NCBI RefSeq assembly: GCF_006345805.1
Contig: NC_043001.1
Coordinates: 496,001-560,000 of the forward strand
Direction of reading: 5' to 3'
From: Octopus sinensis
Lineage: Eukaryota
DNA length: 64,000 nucleotides
Shown: in pieces, positions 39,480 to 52,544 of the stretch
Layout of the letters: every line of letters starts with the position of its first letter
Numbering within the stretch: position 1 is the stretch's first letter
Position numbers and translations under genes: made by a program
The notes under the pieces: model-generated
What the model was told of the DNA's origin: nothing
What the model saw: only the letters and a program-made list of their open reading frames with translations
The model's database searches: none

Positions 39480-39735
39480 ACAGGATTGAAAAGTCAGAAA
39501 AGAAGTGACGTAGAGCAAGTGGAATCTCATTCTGCTACCGACACCATGGCAACATGCTATGAACGCTGCAAGGTTTGCCTATCTGCTGGGAACCTGAAAT
39601 GACAGACGAAAATGATGGCCAACAAGTGGCTCCTTTTGTTGGGGGCAATCATGTATGTAACATCTGGGCCAAAGAGTGTAGGTCACTTTCTGACCTGCAA
39701 AGTCACACCTGTGCTGCTCACCCATGGCATTAATT
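39480..39735 (+). pseudogene. Degraded RTE (BovB-like) C-terminal relic
   Basis: HVCNIWAKECRSLSDLQSHTCAAH resembles the RTE C-terminal C2H2 knuckle. Confidence 0.4.
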
Positions 39736-39799
39736 TGGAAATACTTCAACAGATGGTTATTCTTGAGAACAAGGAAGTGGCCAATATATTATCATCATT

Positions 39800-41250
39800 A
39801 TCAGTAGGAAGGTAGACCATCAGTAGGAAGGTAGACAAATCACAAACACCTTCAGGTAGATGGCCCTGCTCGATCTGTAGAAAAGGTGTAGGTAGAAACT
39901 CTATAAGATGCACCAAGTGTAAGCTATGGACACATAAGAGATGCAGCAATGTCAAAGGAAGGCTAACTACGAAGATGGTTTTTGTATGTGGCAGATGCTC
40001 AGGAACAATAAACACTGAAAATGCTCTGAGACCAACTTCCGTCACTTTCCAGGGAGAAAAACTAGAAATAGTTGATAGTTTCCGTTACCTAGGTGACCAA
40101 GTCAGCAGCGGGGGCGGGTGTGCTGAAAGTGTAACTGCTAGAGTAAGAATAGCTTGGGCAAAGTTCAGAGAGCTCTTACCTCTGCTGGTGACAAAAGGCC
40201 TCTCGCACAGAGTGAAAGGCAGACTGTATGATGCGTGTGTACGAACAGCCATGCTACATGGCAGTGAAACATGGGCCGTGACTGCTGGGGATATGCGTAA
40301 GCTCGCTAGAAATGAAGCCAGTATGCTCCGATGGATGTGTAATGCCGGTACTCACACTCGGCAGAGTGTAAGTACCTTGAGAGAAAAGCTGGACCTAAGA
40401 AGCATCAGTTGTGGTGTGCAAGAGAGACGTTTGCGCTGGTATGGTCATGTGGCGAGAATGGATGAAGATAGTTGTGTGAAAAAGTGCCACACCCTAGCGG
40501 TTGAGGGAACCTGTGGAAGAGGCAGACCCAGAAAAACCTGGGACGAGGTGGTGAAGCACGACCTTCGAACTTTAGGTCTCACTGAGGAAATGACTAGAGA
40601 CCGAGACCTCTGGAAGTGTGCTGTGCGCGAGAAGACCCGGCAGGACAAGTGAGTCCACAACCCGTGGCCTTCTACATGGGATGGAGCCAGCCTACGTATG
40701 CATACCTTCCCTTCTTGGGACACAAAACTCTACTTGTGAAGACGTGTTGAGGCAAGTGAGGATCAGAATCGAAATCGATCAATGGAAATTGCGGATGTGC
40801 TACCAGTGCCGGTGGCATGTCGAAACTCTGCTTGTGAAGACCCATTGAGGCAAGTGAGGATCAGAATCGAAATCGATCAATGGAAATTGCAGATGTGTTA
40901 CCAGTGCCGGTGGCATGTAAGAGAACTTTCCGTTTCGCGACCGTTGCCAGCACCGCCCCGTTTCGTGTCCGTTGCCAGCCTCGCCTGGCCCTCGTGCCGG
41001 TGGCACATAAAAAGCACCATCCGTTCGTGGCCGTTTGCCAGCTCTGTCTGGCACCAGTGCGGGTGGCACGTAAAAAGCACCCACTACACTCACGGAGTGG
41101 TTGGCGTTAGGAAGGGCATCCAGCCGTAGAAACACTGCCAGATTTGACTGGGCCTGATGAAGCCTTCTGGCTTCACAGACCCCAGTAGAACCGTCCAACC
41201 CATGCTAGCATGGAAAACGGACGCTAAATGATGATGATGATGATGATCAT
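39800..41250 (+). mobile_element. Young 5'-truncated RTE LINE with open ORF end and complete 3' UTR
   Basis: Frame open 39819-40652 (278 codons): PHD-like finger, VDSFRYLGD, MLHGSETW, LRWYGHV, RGRPRKTW. 3' UTR has a ~96-bp tandem duplication (40733-40925) and a (GAT)n tail. 18-bp duplication at the 5' junction. Confidence 0.95.
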
Positions 41251-41419
41251 CACCATCATTTAGTTGTCCATTTTCCATGCTGTTATGGGTTGGACGGTTT
41301 AACTGGTGCTGACCAGCTGAAAAGCTGTCCAGACTCCACTTGTCTGTTGTAACATGGTCTCTACAGCTGCATTTATATATGTATTTGTTCATCATTCACT
41401 CGATATATATATATATATC

Positions 41420-41450
<31 letters not shown>

Positions 41451-41482
41451 TGATAGAGAGAGAGAAAGAGATAAAGAGATTC

Positions 41483-41530
<48 letters not shown>

Positions 41531-41569
41531 GAGAAAGATATGCAGTGACATACATATGGAAAGTCCTGG

Positions 41570-41975
41570 AAGGTCTAACTCCCAACTTTGGAATTAAAAG
41601 CTATGCCAGCCACCAAACTGGACAGTACTGCATAATGCCAAAGATCCCATCTTCTTCATTTTGGATAAGGACCCAGTACTGCAACATCTTGGTTTTCAGG
41701 GGACCATGACTGTTTAACATCCTACCAAATAACCCCAGAGATTTGAGCAGTGTAGACTTGGAAACTTTCAAAAAGCACCCAAACAAGTTTCTAACGTAAA
41801 ACCCAGATGAACCTGCATTGTAGCTGGAGGCACAAAGAAGAGCGGCTCCATCCAACTCACTTCTTCACTAAAACATTAAAGAAAGGAGACCCCAAAACAT
41901 TTACAGGCAATGCTCCAGCATGGCTCTAGCCTTTGGCTGAAACCAGTAGAAGATAAAAGAAAAGATAAAAAATGT
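41570..41975 (+). mobile_element. 3' end of APE-type LINE, same family as 13630-14050
   Basis: YCNILVFRGP*LFNILPNNPRDL...FKKHPNKFL..PDEP...AAPSNSLLH, then ggcaatgctccagcatggc 3' UTR and A-rich tail. Confidence 0.75.
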
Positions 41976-42344
41976 ATATATGTCTGTGTGTGTGTGTATA
42001 TATATATATAGTACCATCAGTAGTTCATACATCTGTGAAACATTGGAGCATTGGGGCCTAATACCTGTAAAAGGAAGCACCACTGTAATGTGGTTTGGCT
42101 TGCCCCACCCTTCTCTCTCAGTGTTAAAATATGTGTGGGAGGAATATTTCTTAGATTGGAAGATCTTGTTTCGAAAGAAAGTTGGTGACCTCACTTGTAC
42201 TGGTGCCACTCAGTACACACTATAATGTACTTGCCATTAGGAGGAATAGTCAGGTATATGAGTTATGCCAAAACTAATGTTAGGGCTTAATGCAACTCTG
42301 TGAATTGCTGGATCCAGTCAAACCATTCACCATGAGACAGCATG

Positions 42345-42812
42345 AAAACTGGATGCGAGATGAGTACCATTATTATAGAAGCCCAATATACCCATCATGA
42401 CTACCCATCGGATAAGGGTACATCAGGCACATGCATCACAGCCATATGTGCACGACATGGTGATCTCATATCAAGATAGACAGTGCATGACCTTGCAGGT
42501 GGGACTCAGTAACAATTTTCTTAAGCCCACCCTGCTCAAAAACTCCCAATATAAGAGTTATTTAAGGATGTTGAATGAAACACCCATGCTTCCAGAGGTG
42601 AATTATTCAAACCCCAAAGAATTCTTCTCAATACATGGCTATGATGCTCCCCAACTACTTCTGTTTGTGATCAGAGATACACATATTGGCAGCCACTAAT
42701 GGACATGCTCAACTGGTTATGGTCAATCAACTGACAAGCAAATCTATAGTATTGAGCAGAATATTTACTGTAGCCCATCTTCTATACCAAGACAAAACAA
42801 GTACATGATTAT
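42345..42812 (-). mobile_element. Second copy of element X
   Basis: Reverse-complement similarity to 31350-31800 throughout; abuts (ATT)n. Confidence 0.75.
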
Positions 42813-42879
42813 TATTATTATTGTTATCATTATTATTACATAAGATCAATATGAATAATAATAATAATAATAAGAAGAA

Positions 42880-43200
42880 GAATTATCATCATTCTTATTA
42901 TTCATATACACTCAACAGATAAGACTGTTGGAAAAGAAAAGAATCCCAACATCAGGCTACAACAACCAGCATTCGAAGCCAAGAACTCTCCTCATTATCC
43001 TAGCTTTCCCTAATAACACTGTTTTCTGTAGTTATTCTAAACTGGGTTTTATCTCTGTTTCCTCTATCTATCTGTTCAGATCTTTAGGGATAGTTCCCAA
43101 TGCACCTAGAACTACTGGGATACATTTTACCCACACTTTCCATAGTCTCTCTAATTCAATAGCTCGGTCCTGGTACTTTGCTATATTTTCTATACTTCTC
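42880..43200 (-). mobile_element. R4/Dong 3' fragment
   Basis: AKYQDRAIELERLWKV..KCIPVVLGALGTIPKDL...LQKTVLLGKARIMRRVL, then AAT-like tail. Confidence 0.8.
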
Positions 43201-43284
43201 ATATTAATTTTTTTTCTGTTCTTCTCCACTTTTTTTTTCCATTGCTTGTTTAAATAACTTGGGTCATCTAAGGTATGTCACATA

Positions 43285-43500
43285 ATCGATACCTGTGCGG
43301 GTGGAATGTAAAAGTGCCTGTGCTGGTAAAAAGCACCCATTACACTCTTGGAGTGGTTGGCATTATGAAAGGCATCCAGTTGTAGAAACCATGCCAAATC
43401 AGATGGGAACTTGGTGCAGCTCTCCAGCTTACCAGCTCCAGTCAAACTGTCTAACCCTTGCCAGCCGGATGCCAAATGATGTTGATGATGATGATCTACA
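43285..43500 (+). mobile_element. RTE 3' UTR fragment
   Basis: aaaaagcacccattacactcttggagtggttggcattatgaaaggcatccag...(GAT)n tail. Confidence 0.8.
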
Positions 43501-44236
43501 TATGAAGTAAGAGCATCTCTAGTACAATAGATAGGATTAACCACATATACTTAATGCACATGCTTCGTGTACTTTCTGGAGGAGGCTGTAATAGTGTGGT
43601 GGAAGATATCAAAGTGCTGGGTGTTAAAACACATCAGAGTCATGGATAGGTAAGGTAACTCACCTTCAATACCATTTAGGAGTGACAGACACTGATGTTT
43701 TGCCATTCTTGTGGCCTGTCAACATCATGTACTCAGCAGGCTTGAAGCCAAGTCCCCAAAGCCAGTCCTGTCGATGACTGACGTTTTCTAACACCTGCAC
43801 TTTGAGAATGTATATTCTCCACAATGCTATTGTAGCCAACAGAAAATACACAAAGCATATACATTATGTCTATGTGGTTAATAATATTTACTATAGTAGA
43901 GCTGCTTTACTTCATAGATTAATTTTCTCTTAGGTATGCAATTTCCAGACATGCCAGCACATGGTTTTACAAGCTATGAGCATGTAAGTTGTGCACTGGC
44001 CAGGTGACTTGTCTTCAACCCTGGTGGGTATGTGATGTTGACAGGCCACAAAAACAGCAAAACATCAGTGTCCATCACTCTCAGATGAGATTGAAGGTGC
44101 GTTATCTTACCTCTCTATGACTCTGACATGTTTTGACACCCAGTGCTTTGAGAGTATATATGCTCTACCACAATATTGCAGCCACGAGAAAATATTTGAA
44201 GCATATATGTTAAGAATATATGTAGTTAATGATATT

Positions 44237-44280
<44 letters not shown>

Positions 44281-44699
44281 ATTTCATCTATGCTCTATAA
44301 ATTTCACACTTGAATTTAATTTCGTTCCTGGTGGTTAATCTATTCTATGATTACATAAAGAAAATATTTTGTTTATTTTATTTTTTAGTGGAGGTTGGCT
44401 ATTTCCATGTAAGTTTGCATATAAAATGTGAATTACACCACACCACATGTATAAGACATAACATGACATATAATATTGTTTGCTGTGGTTTGGAGATTAA
44501 TTGTAGGAAGGGTATCCAGTTGCAAAAAAAAAAACATAAAGCACATCAAGAAAAATAAATAAGAAAGCAAAATGAATTCTTCAACAAGAACTTATTTGAT
44601 CCATTCTATCACAAGAAATCAGAATTAAAAAATAACCAAAATACTGCAAACACACTCATATATATATATATATATACATACTTCTCCAACCACACGACT

Positions 44700-44880
44700 G
44701 ATTTCTTGTCCACTAAACGGTTGATTTTCTCTTCACCATGCAGTATTTCCCAAGTAATTGTTGTTGCTGAAATACCAACATCAAACTGTGACACTGCATG
44801 ACCTTTCTTGACCAATTGCAGCCCACCTTCTGGTAATAACAATTGACTTTCTCCAACTGGTCTCTCATTCAAATTTCCAA
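44700..44880 (-). pseudogene. Possible pogo/Tigger transposase N-terminal HTH relic
   Basis: LQLVKKGHAVSQFDVGISATTITWEILHGEEKI resembles the CENP-B/psq-type HTH; short and degenerate. Confidence 0.35.
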
Positions 44881-44949
44881 TGCCTGAGCATTAACATTAC
44901 ACTTTGAAGCATAAAGCACCAAGGAGTTTGAATCAAATTGTTTTGATCC

Positions 44950-45240
44950 ATGCATGCATACATACATACATACATACATACATACATACATGCATACATA
45001 CATACATACATACATACATACATACATACATACATGCATGCATACATACATACATACATACATACATACATACATACATACATACACACACACATACATA
45101 TGTACATATGTATGTACTTACATACATATATGCATACACACACACACACACATACATACACATGTATATATCCCAAATGCACATGAAGGTGGACACATGT
45201 ATATGCTTAATATATATATATATATATATATATACATAAT
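44950..45240. repeat. (TACA)n / (CA)n / (TA)n compound microsatellite
   Basis: Direct reading. Confidence 0.95.
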
Positions 45241-45422
45241 ATGTAATATATACATATTACATACATACATATATATATTAATATATATAAGATATATAAG
45301 AGTTAAGATCCTTGGATTTTACACTTATATATATATATATATACACACACACATATATATATATATATAGTAATATATATAAGATATATAAGAGTTAAGA
45401 GGTAACATCCTTCGATCTTACT

Positions 45423-45471
<49 letters not shown>

Positions 45472-45473
<2 letters not shown>

Positions 45474-45850
45474 CTAGCAGTATCGCCTGGCATTGCTCGG
45501 TTTTGTTTCGACCCTTTAGAATTGGAATTTTTGAAAATTAAAAAGTTTGCATTATGTAGCTTGTTATTCTCTTTAAGTGAACATTTTTACATACACTGAA
45601 AAATGGCAACACAGCAGTCAAAAAATCATAAAAAATAGAGATTTCCATAGAAAAAAAGCACCTTTTTGATGTAAATAATTTTTGGTCCTAACATGCTCCG
45701 ATTTGAAGAGCAAGCTTTCTTCTATCATACTCTCAATTTTAGTCAACTTGCGCCGCAGGGTCTTGGAGGAGATAGTGTTAGTTAAAGGCTATCAAACCTG
45801 CCACACACAGACAACTTCAGCTTTATACATATATATATATATATTTTATT
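45472..45850 (+). mobile_element. Non-autonomous Helitron/Helentron-like element
   Basis: Begins tactagcagtatcgcctggcattgctcgg (ACTAG plus GC-rich hairpin-like start) inside (TA)n and ends acacacagacaacttcagctttatacatatat. Confidence 0.5.
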
Positions 45851-46155
45851 TTTCATGCAATTTATGCATGCTTGCGTGCATGGTGAACACAGTTCACGTC
45901 AAACAACTGACTGAGTAAAGTTCACTATTCAATGCATGGGATAAGGCCTAAACAAACACATTATCGATTTTTGCACTTGCGAGATGAATTTTGGAACAGA
46001 AATAGCGCAGTTCAATTTTCATCCGCCTAAACTTTAAGTGACCCATTTTTGGTGGTTCTACGATTTGTTGGCTAGGAGGAGATGTGCCGGGAAGTTAAAC
46101 ACACAGATACACACACAGACACACAAGTTGAGTTTTATATATATAGATATATATT

Positions 46156-46212
<57 letters not shown>

Positions 46213-46214
46213 TT

Positions 46215-46276
<62 letters not shown>

Positions 46277-46278
46277 AA

Positions 46279-46331
<53 letters not shown>

Positions 46332-46449
46332 AATATATATCTATATATATATATATATTTGGTAGATGGAAACTAGAAGCCTGTTGTATGTTTATATATA
46401 TATATATATATATTTATATGTGTATGTGTGTATGTATATATCTATATAC

Positions 46450-46610
46450 TCTCGGAGTGGTTGGCGTTAGGAAGGGCATCCAGCTGTAGAAACACTGCCA
46501 GATCTGACTGGCCTGGTGCAGCCTTCGGGCTTGCCAGACCCCAGTTGAACCGTCCAACCCATGCTAGCATGGAAAGCGGACGTTAAACGATGATGATGAT
46601 GATGATGATG
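46450..46610 (+). mobile_element. ~160-bp RTE 3' tail inserted in (TA)n
   Basis: ggagtggttggcgttaggaagggcatccagctgtagaaac...ggacgttaaac(GAT)n. Confidence 0.9.
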
Positions 46611-46904
46611 TGTGTCTGCCCCACACCACTGCTTGACAACTGGTGTTGGTTAGTTTACATCCCCATAACTTAGCGGTTCAGCATGAGAGACTGATAAAAT
46701 AAGTACCAGACTTTAAAAGATAAGTCCTGGGGTTGAGTTATTTGGTTGAAATCCATAAAAGAATCAGAAATGTAAAGGCTGTCATACATCATTTAGTGTC
46801 TGCTTTCCATGCTTGCTGGTCTTGACTGTTTGATTGGAACTGGTAAGCTGGAGAACTGTGCCACGTATAAAGCATCCAGGAAGGACATCCACTTCGAGAA
46901 ACCA

Positions 46905-47640
46905 TGTCAAAACAGATAATAGAGTCTTAATTCCAATATCTTTCTTTTTCATAGCTCACAGTTTGGGCGATATGCCAAGTACCCCCATGTACCACAAGAA
47001 TAATTGTTGTCTTAGTTTTCCACAATCTCTTCGTCTCTCTCTGGCTAGGTCCTGGTATGCCTCAATTTTTAAAAATTCTTTGATATCCCTCCTATTATCA
47101 TATGGTATTGTGAAGTCTATGATTTTATACTGTCCATTTGTCTTGTTCTCTTTAATCATATCTGTCCCCTTGATTCAGTCTCTAGTTTGTGTTCTTACCC
47201 CTTTCCTGTTATTTCAAAGCCACTCACTTAGCTAACATCCCAATGCACTCTTTTATCTACAGCTATACCAATGCTTATACTCTTTTTGTGTTAACTTACT
47301 GCATCAATTCAGGTGATGTTAATACTTTTGTCTCTCCTCCTGCAGATTCTCTTTGCTGTCTGGCTGAATTTTATCCATCTTTATCAGATTTGTCCTGATG
47401 GCTTCTTCCTGTGTAGCACTTTCGTTTCCTGTTTCAGGTTTCCATCTGTCAGCCATAACCAGTGTTCTTTACTTACAAGCTCCTCAGTTTCTTGCATAAA
47501 TTGCTCGTGTAATTCTATTTCTTTCCATCTGTTTGTTCTATTGTTCTTCCTTCTGCTCTTGAAGTAATCAATATTTTGCAAGCATTATTAACTAACTTTA
47601 CAAAACTGACAATATTGAACCAGCCTTGAACAATTGTAAT
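46905..47640 (-). mobile_element. Degraded R4/Dong 3' fragment
   Basis: WKEIELHEQF...HWLWLTDGNLKQET; KIIDFTIPYDNR...YQDLARE. Confidence 0.7.
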
Positions 47641-48139
47641 AGCATTACTTTCTTACTCCACTCTTCTTATTTGTCATAATAAAATCTTTATGGATACTTG
47701 AAGATTTTCAGATATTTGCTTAGTAGAACAAACAACCTCAAGTATGCAGCCATATCTGGTAGCCAGCATTTGCGAATGAGCTTAATATGGTGAACACCAG
47801 GTTCAGATATATATATAGACAGATATTTCATTTTTTGCATGCGCACAAACAAATAAAAGAAAAAGAACACAATTCTGATAACAGACAGAGTTAATGACTA
47901 TTGAAAAGGTTGCAAGACACAACGAAAATTTTAGTAGAAAAAATAAGTAAATGAGTGGAAATCGAACTGGTGAGTGTGTTAAATTGATAAGGCACTAAAA
48001 GAGAAAGACTCTCCCCAGACCACAATAATATATATATATATATGTATATGTGTGTGTATATATGTATGTGTGTGTGTGTATATTATATATATACATATTA
48101 TATGTATATATTTATATGTGTGTGCATGTGTCTGTGATG

Positions 48140-49250
48140 CTTATGGATGAGGACAGTTGTATAAAGAAGAGCTGATCTCTAATTGTGGAGGGAACTGGCA
48201 TGAGGGATAAACTCAGGAAGATGTGGGACAGAGTGGTGAGAAAGGATCTTCATACGTTGAGCCCCAAAGAGGAGATGACAAGAGAGTCAGACTTCTGGTG
48301 ATTTGCTGTGCTTGAGAAGACTCATCAAGCTAAGTAAATCAAAGTCCTCCATATATACAGGCATGTCCTTTATGGCCATAACTCCCTTCCCCTCATGCAG
48401 ACAAGCACGTGCACGTGCATGCACACACACACAATTCTGTTCCCTGGCAAAAATCACCTGCAACCCATCTCCCCATAATCCCCAACACCACCCCTTCAGT
48501 TCCCCTCAACATCACTTGCTATCTCTCTCACTCTAATGGAACATCTCCTCTGCCCCCTACTCACACTCCCTGCACCACTGTTTTCTATGTGTAGGCCTTC
48601 TCTCTCTCTCACTCGCACTGTCTCTGTCTCTCTCTCTTTCTCTCCCACTTCCCTCTGCTTCCTTGCCCAACCGGGGGACCCATAAATCTCCTCAGTAGTA
48701 AGACAGCCATGCCTCTCCCTCTATCATACTCCAGCCTCTCACCTGGCATATGGTTCTTTCTCTAGGTTCCTCACCCTCTCTCAGCTGAGATTTCTTTGTC
48801 TTGCAAGTCACGTGGTGAACCCACAGCTACTGTTGCCACATAAAAAGCCATGCCAACATCCTGTCAAAAGGCACTCGTGCAGGTGCAACATTAGTGGAAC
48901 CTGTACCAGTGTCACATAGGGAGCACCTATGCCAGTGTCATGTAAACAACACTCATACTGGGGCAACATAGAAAACACTCGTGCTGGCACTGCATGAAGA
49001 GCACTCATGCTGCCACCATGTAAAGAACACCCATACCAATGCCACATGAAAAGGTACTCGGGTGTGCTGGGTGCTTTTTGCATGGTGCCACATAAAAAGC
49101 ACCCAGTACACTCTGTAAAATGGTTGGTGTTAGGAAGGGCATCCAACCGTAGAAACCATACCAAAACTGATGACTGGAACTTAGGGTAGTCTCCTGTCAA
49201 ACCATCCAACCCATACCAGCGTGGAAAACAGACATTAAATTATGATAATG
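48140..49250 (+). mobile_element. Old RTE 3' end, long-UTR subfamily (ORF end, CT-rich spacer, tandem units, tail)
   Basis: gaggacagttgtataaag...gggataaactcaggaagatgtggg matches the ORF end; terminal ttaggaagggcatccaaccgtagaaac...(ATG)-like tail. Confidence 0.75.
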
Positions 49251-49654
49251 ATGAGGATATATACATATATATATATATTTAAAATGAAGGTGAGAAATTG
49301 GATATTAATTTAATTAACATCAATTTAACACTAGTGGTCTAGCATATTAAAATCTGAAGGTCTAGTAAATTGTATTATATACATATGAGAGGGATGACCA
49401 CTATGTGGGCAACCATAGCGGATCTACTTCTAGCATAAGGGTTGACCACATAGTAGTCATCCCTCTCATATGTATAGATATATGTAATTTGATTTTCATA
49501 TGTTTTCTATCTTTCTCTTTGCATAAATTATTTGACATCTTAAGCTATAACAGAATTTCTTTGTTGTGTATTCTTTCCCTTATATTGATATTTGTATCAA
49601 GCTGAGTTGTGTCTTTGAAATATTCCTTTAATTGTGTGTATATATATTTACATA

Positions 49655-50877
49655 CAGGATGTGAGGTGTACTTGAGGACACTTAATTATCAGTATATTAC
49701 TCTCTTCAAACCAATCTACAAGTTTATTTTAGAAACCGCATGGCAGATAAATTGCTAATACAAGAAATGAAAAGACATGCAGTTATTGTTGCCACATGTG
49801 TGAAGCACAGCAATTTAGAAATTGCTAACTTTCTAAATGCTGCAAGATGTTTTGTACACAAAGTTCCAGTGGAATTGGAAGCCTCTGGTAGGAATGTTTC
49901 AACTATATCAAAGAGAAAAAATATTCTAAGACTATAAGGACACTGCAATTTATCCATTGAGTTCAAAACGTTGTCAATAATGATTCTGGAAAATCAATGA
50001 AGGCCATCGTTAAAAGGTTTCAAGTGTTGGAGTGGACTATTAGAACTGTGGTGCATAAGAACGTTCAATACATGTTGTGTGTGTACTGAAGAAAGGCCAA
50101 TTTATGTCTGCAAAGACACGGGAGGATCATTTGAATCATACTGAGTGGTTACTTGTAAATGTTAAAAATCCTCATGAACATGTCTCTTCTCTGATCAGAA
50201 AAAATTCAACTGAGACCAAAAGTCTAACAGATTCAAATAACAAATGTGCAGATCCTTCTGGTGTTTCCCATAATGATGCACGCCAAGTTTCCAGAAACTG
50301 TGATCATTCTAGGAATGGTGAACAATGAAGGTCATGTCATGCCACCTCACATCTTTCCATAGATTCTTAGAATTAATGCTGCTGGAGTCATTGAGGTGCT
50401 GGAGACAGTTGTTAAGCCTTGGATTGATGAAGTACACAGTAGAAGACCATATGTATTTCAACAAACCTCAGCACCTTCTCACAAAGCCAGCGTAGTCCAA
50501 GAATGGATGCCAGACAATCAGGATATTTATGTAGCACCAAACTTGTGGCCTGCAAACTTGAAAGATGTAAATCTTGTGTTTGGAGCACTGTTGGAAGGGA
50601 GACTGATCAACATCCTTATAATACCATAGCAGCACTGAAGGCTGCCATTGTCCAGATGATGTCCGAAAATGTATAAGGATCACTTAGGGCAGGCATATCA
50701 ACAATTCTGGTCCTGCATTGAAGCAATGATTAAAACTGAAGGTGAATTCAGAGAATAATTGTATAAGAAAGCCTTTTGAGAATATGTACACACAGTTTTA
50801 TTAAAATACATTTGGGTTTTGCTAAATTAGAGTTATTTTATTAATTATCAGCTATGTCCTCAAATACTTCTTATACC

Positions 50878-50882
<5 letters not shown>
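49655..50882 (+). mobile_element. Full-length degraded IS630-Tc1-mariner element (DD37D/maT-like)
   Basis: TA at 49653-54 and degenerate TIRs (caggatgtgaggtgtacttgaggaca / tgtcctcaaatacttcttatacccagtg). EMKRHAVIVA..., VLETVVKPWI...RPYVFQQTSAPSHKA...WPANLKDVN. Confidence 0.85.
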
Positions 50883-50930
<48 letters not shown>

Positions 50931-51800
50931 GTGTTGTGTGTGAGTGAGTGTGCATGAGGAAAGGATGTAAACAGTAGTGACAAAGCAGAAAAAATTTCTT
51001 TAAAATCCCATATAATATTTGTAATATTTGTTCTACACTGAGTTACATATACTCCCTTGGAACCAATAAGGATATTGCTCACCAACAGAGCTATTAAATA
51101 AAATCGGTGTGTGTGTGTGTGCATACATATATGAACAGTATATTTGATTATCTTTGACTTTTTGGAAAAAGGACAAATAAGTTTGTTATAGAAATGACTA
51201 AGATGAAAGTTTCACAGTGGGAAGCGGGTATTAAAGCTAGTTGCTGATTGTGTCATAGGGTAAGGGTAACCCTGTATCATTGCAGGCTTAAATGAATGTA
51301 AGTGACTTGGAAAATTTGCAACATCGTAGCAAAGTTGTAAAAGCAAAAGTACTGAAGTGTTTTCATAAAGATAATCATTCCATACAATGACATATATCTA
51401 TAAAAGAGTCTGTATCTGTGCAAGTGTTAGAATGCATGTGTATCTTTGTAGAGGTTGTAATCCCTGGAGTCCATCAGAAAATACTGATTAAACTGTGAGG
51501 TGTATATATAAAGAAAGAAAACGTTAGCAGCTTGACCAATATAGACGTCACAGTTCCAGTGACTTAACTCTGGTATACAGATTATGGAATTACAGGTATC
51601 ATTGATGATGATATGGAATATAAGCAATTCCTTTGATGTCTTCTTTTCAGATGGTTTAATATATGTCCTGAAAACTCATTTTAGAATTACTCCATACCAC
51701 CACCACCATCACTACCACTACCACCATGTTGATGCTTAGTCACTGGGTGAGTAAGGTTTATACTTTCAACATGCATCATTAATCTTCTTCAGCTACTCAC

Positions 51801-51911
51801 CTGAGTCAGTGTTTTTGTATCTATGGTATATCACACAAGCTAAAATAATGATTAAAATGACTGCTACACTTCCTACGGCGCCACCAATTATATATGGCAT
51901 TGGTAAGACAT
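51801..51911 (-). CDS. KIRREL: Kirrel-like gene, transmembrane exon
   Basis: Acceptor cttctttcttctattgcAG and donor G|GTGAGT. 111 nt, phase 1/1. Encodes DVLPMPYIIGGAVGSVAVILIIILACVIYHRYKNTDS (hydrophobic helix followed by basic stop-transfer residues). Absent from the ORF track; found by reading the minus strand. Confidence 0.9.
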
Positions 51912-52544
51912 CTGCAATAGAAGAAAGAAGATTAGCAACAGTGTAGAGAGAGTTGTTTTCATGTAAAAGGCAAATTCATTGAGTATTTGTTAGTAACGAG
52001 AATGTCATATCAGTATTTCATGGAAATTACAATGGTGACATTGAGTTGAAGATGGGTTGTTGTATCCCCAGTATACTAGGCCTTCATGTGCGAACATCAT
52101 CATCATCATCATCATTTTACAGTTTTATTCTTTTATTACTGGCCTCAGTCATTGGTGGTGTGGCCATGCTGGAGCACCACTAACAAGTGCTTCAGTAAAA
52201 TAGTTACATCAATATGCATATATTTATGTCTGCTACTCATTTTATCAATCTCTGCTCATTGAATGGCCAAGTTAACCTGTTTTTAGACAGCTGTCTTCCT
52301 TTAGTGATATTAATTATATTTCTCTTTATTTATAGAAGTTGAGAAAGTTATGGCTTCTACAATTAAGAAGATTAAGGGTATATACGAAGTGAAATTGTTG
52401 CAACCAAGAATCAAAACCAATTTTGCAAATTTGGTTCTCTGTTTAAGAAATAACCAGAAGACCATTGTTTAAGAAAACAAACAACTTTTGAAATTTTTGA
52501 TTCAAAGGATCTTTCATCTCAATATTTATATGCTACTATTTATA

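Noticed and set aside
41153-41180. CTGATGAAGCC...GGCTTC as a hammerhead
   Set aside because: There is no downstream GAAA or stems I/III; it is the ordinary stem-loop of the RTE 3' tail.
51427-51627. Extra Kirrel exon or GIY-YIG fragment (NCDVYIGQ)
   Set aside because: No convincing acceptor tract in the required phase, and only a 3-residue motif match.
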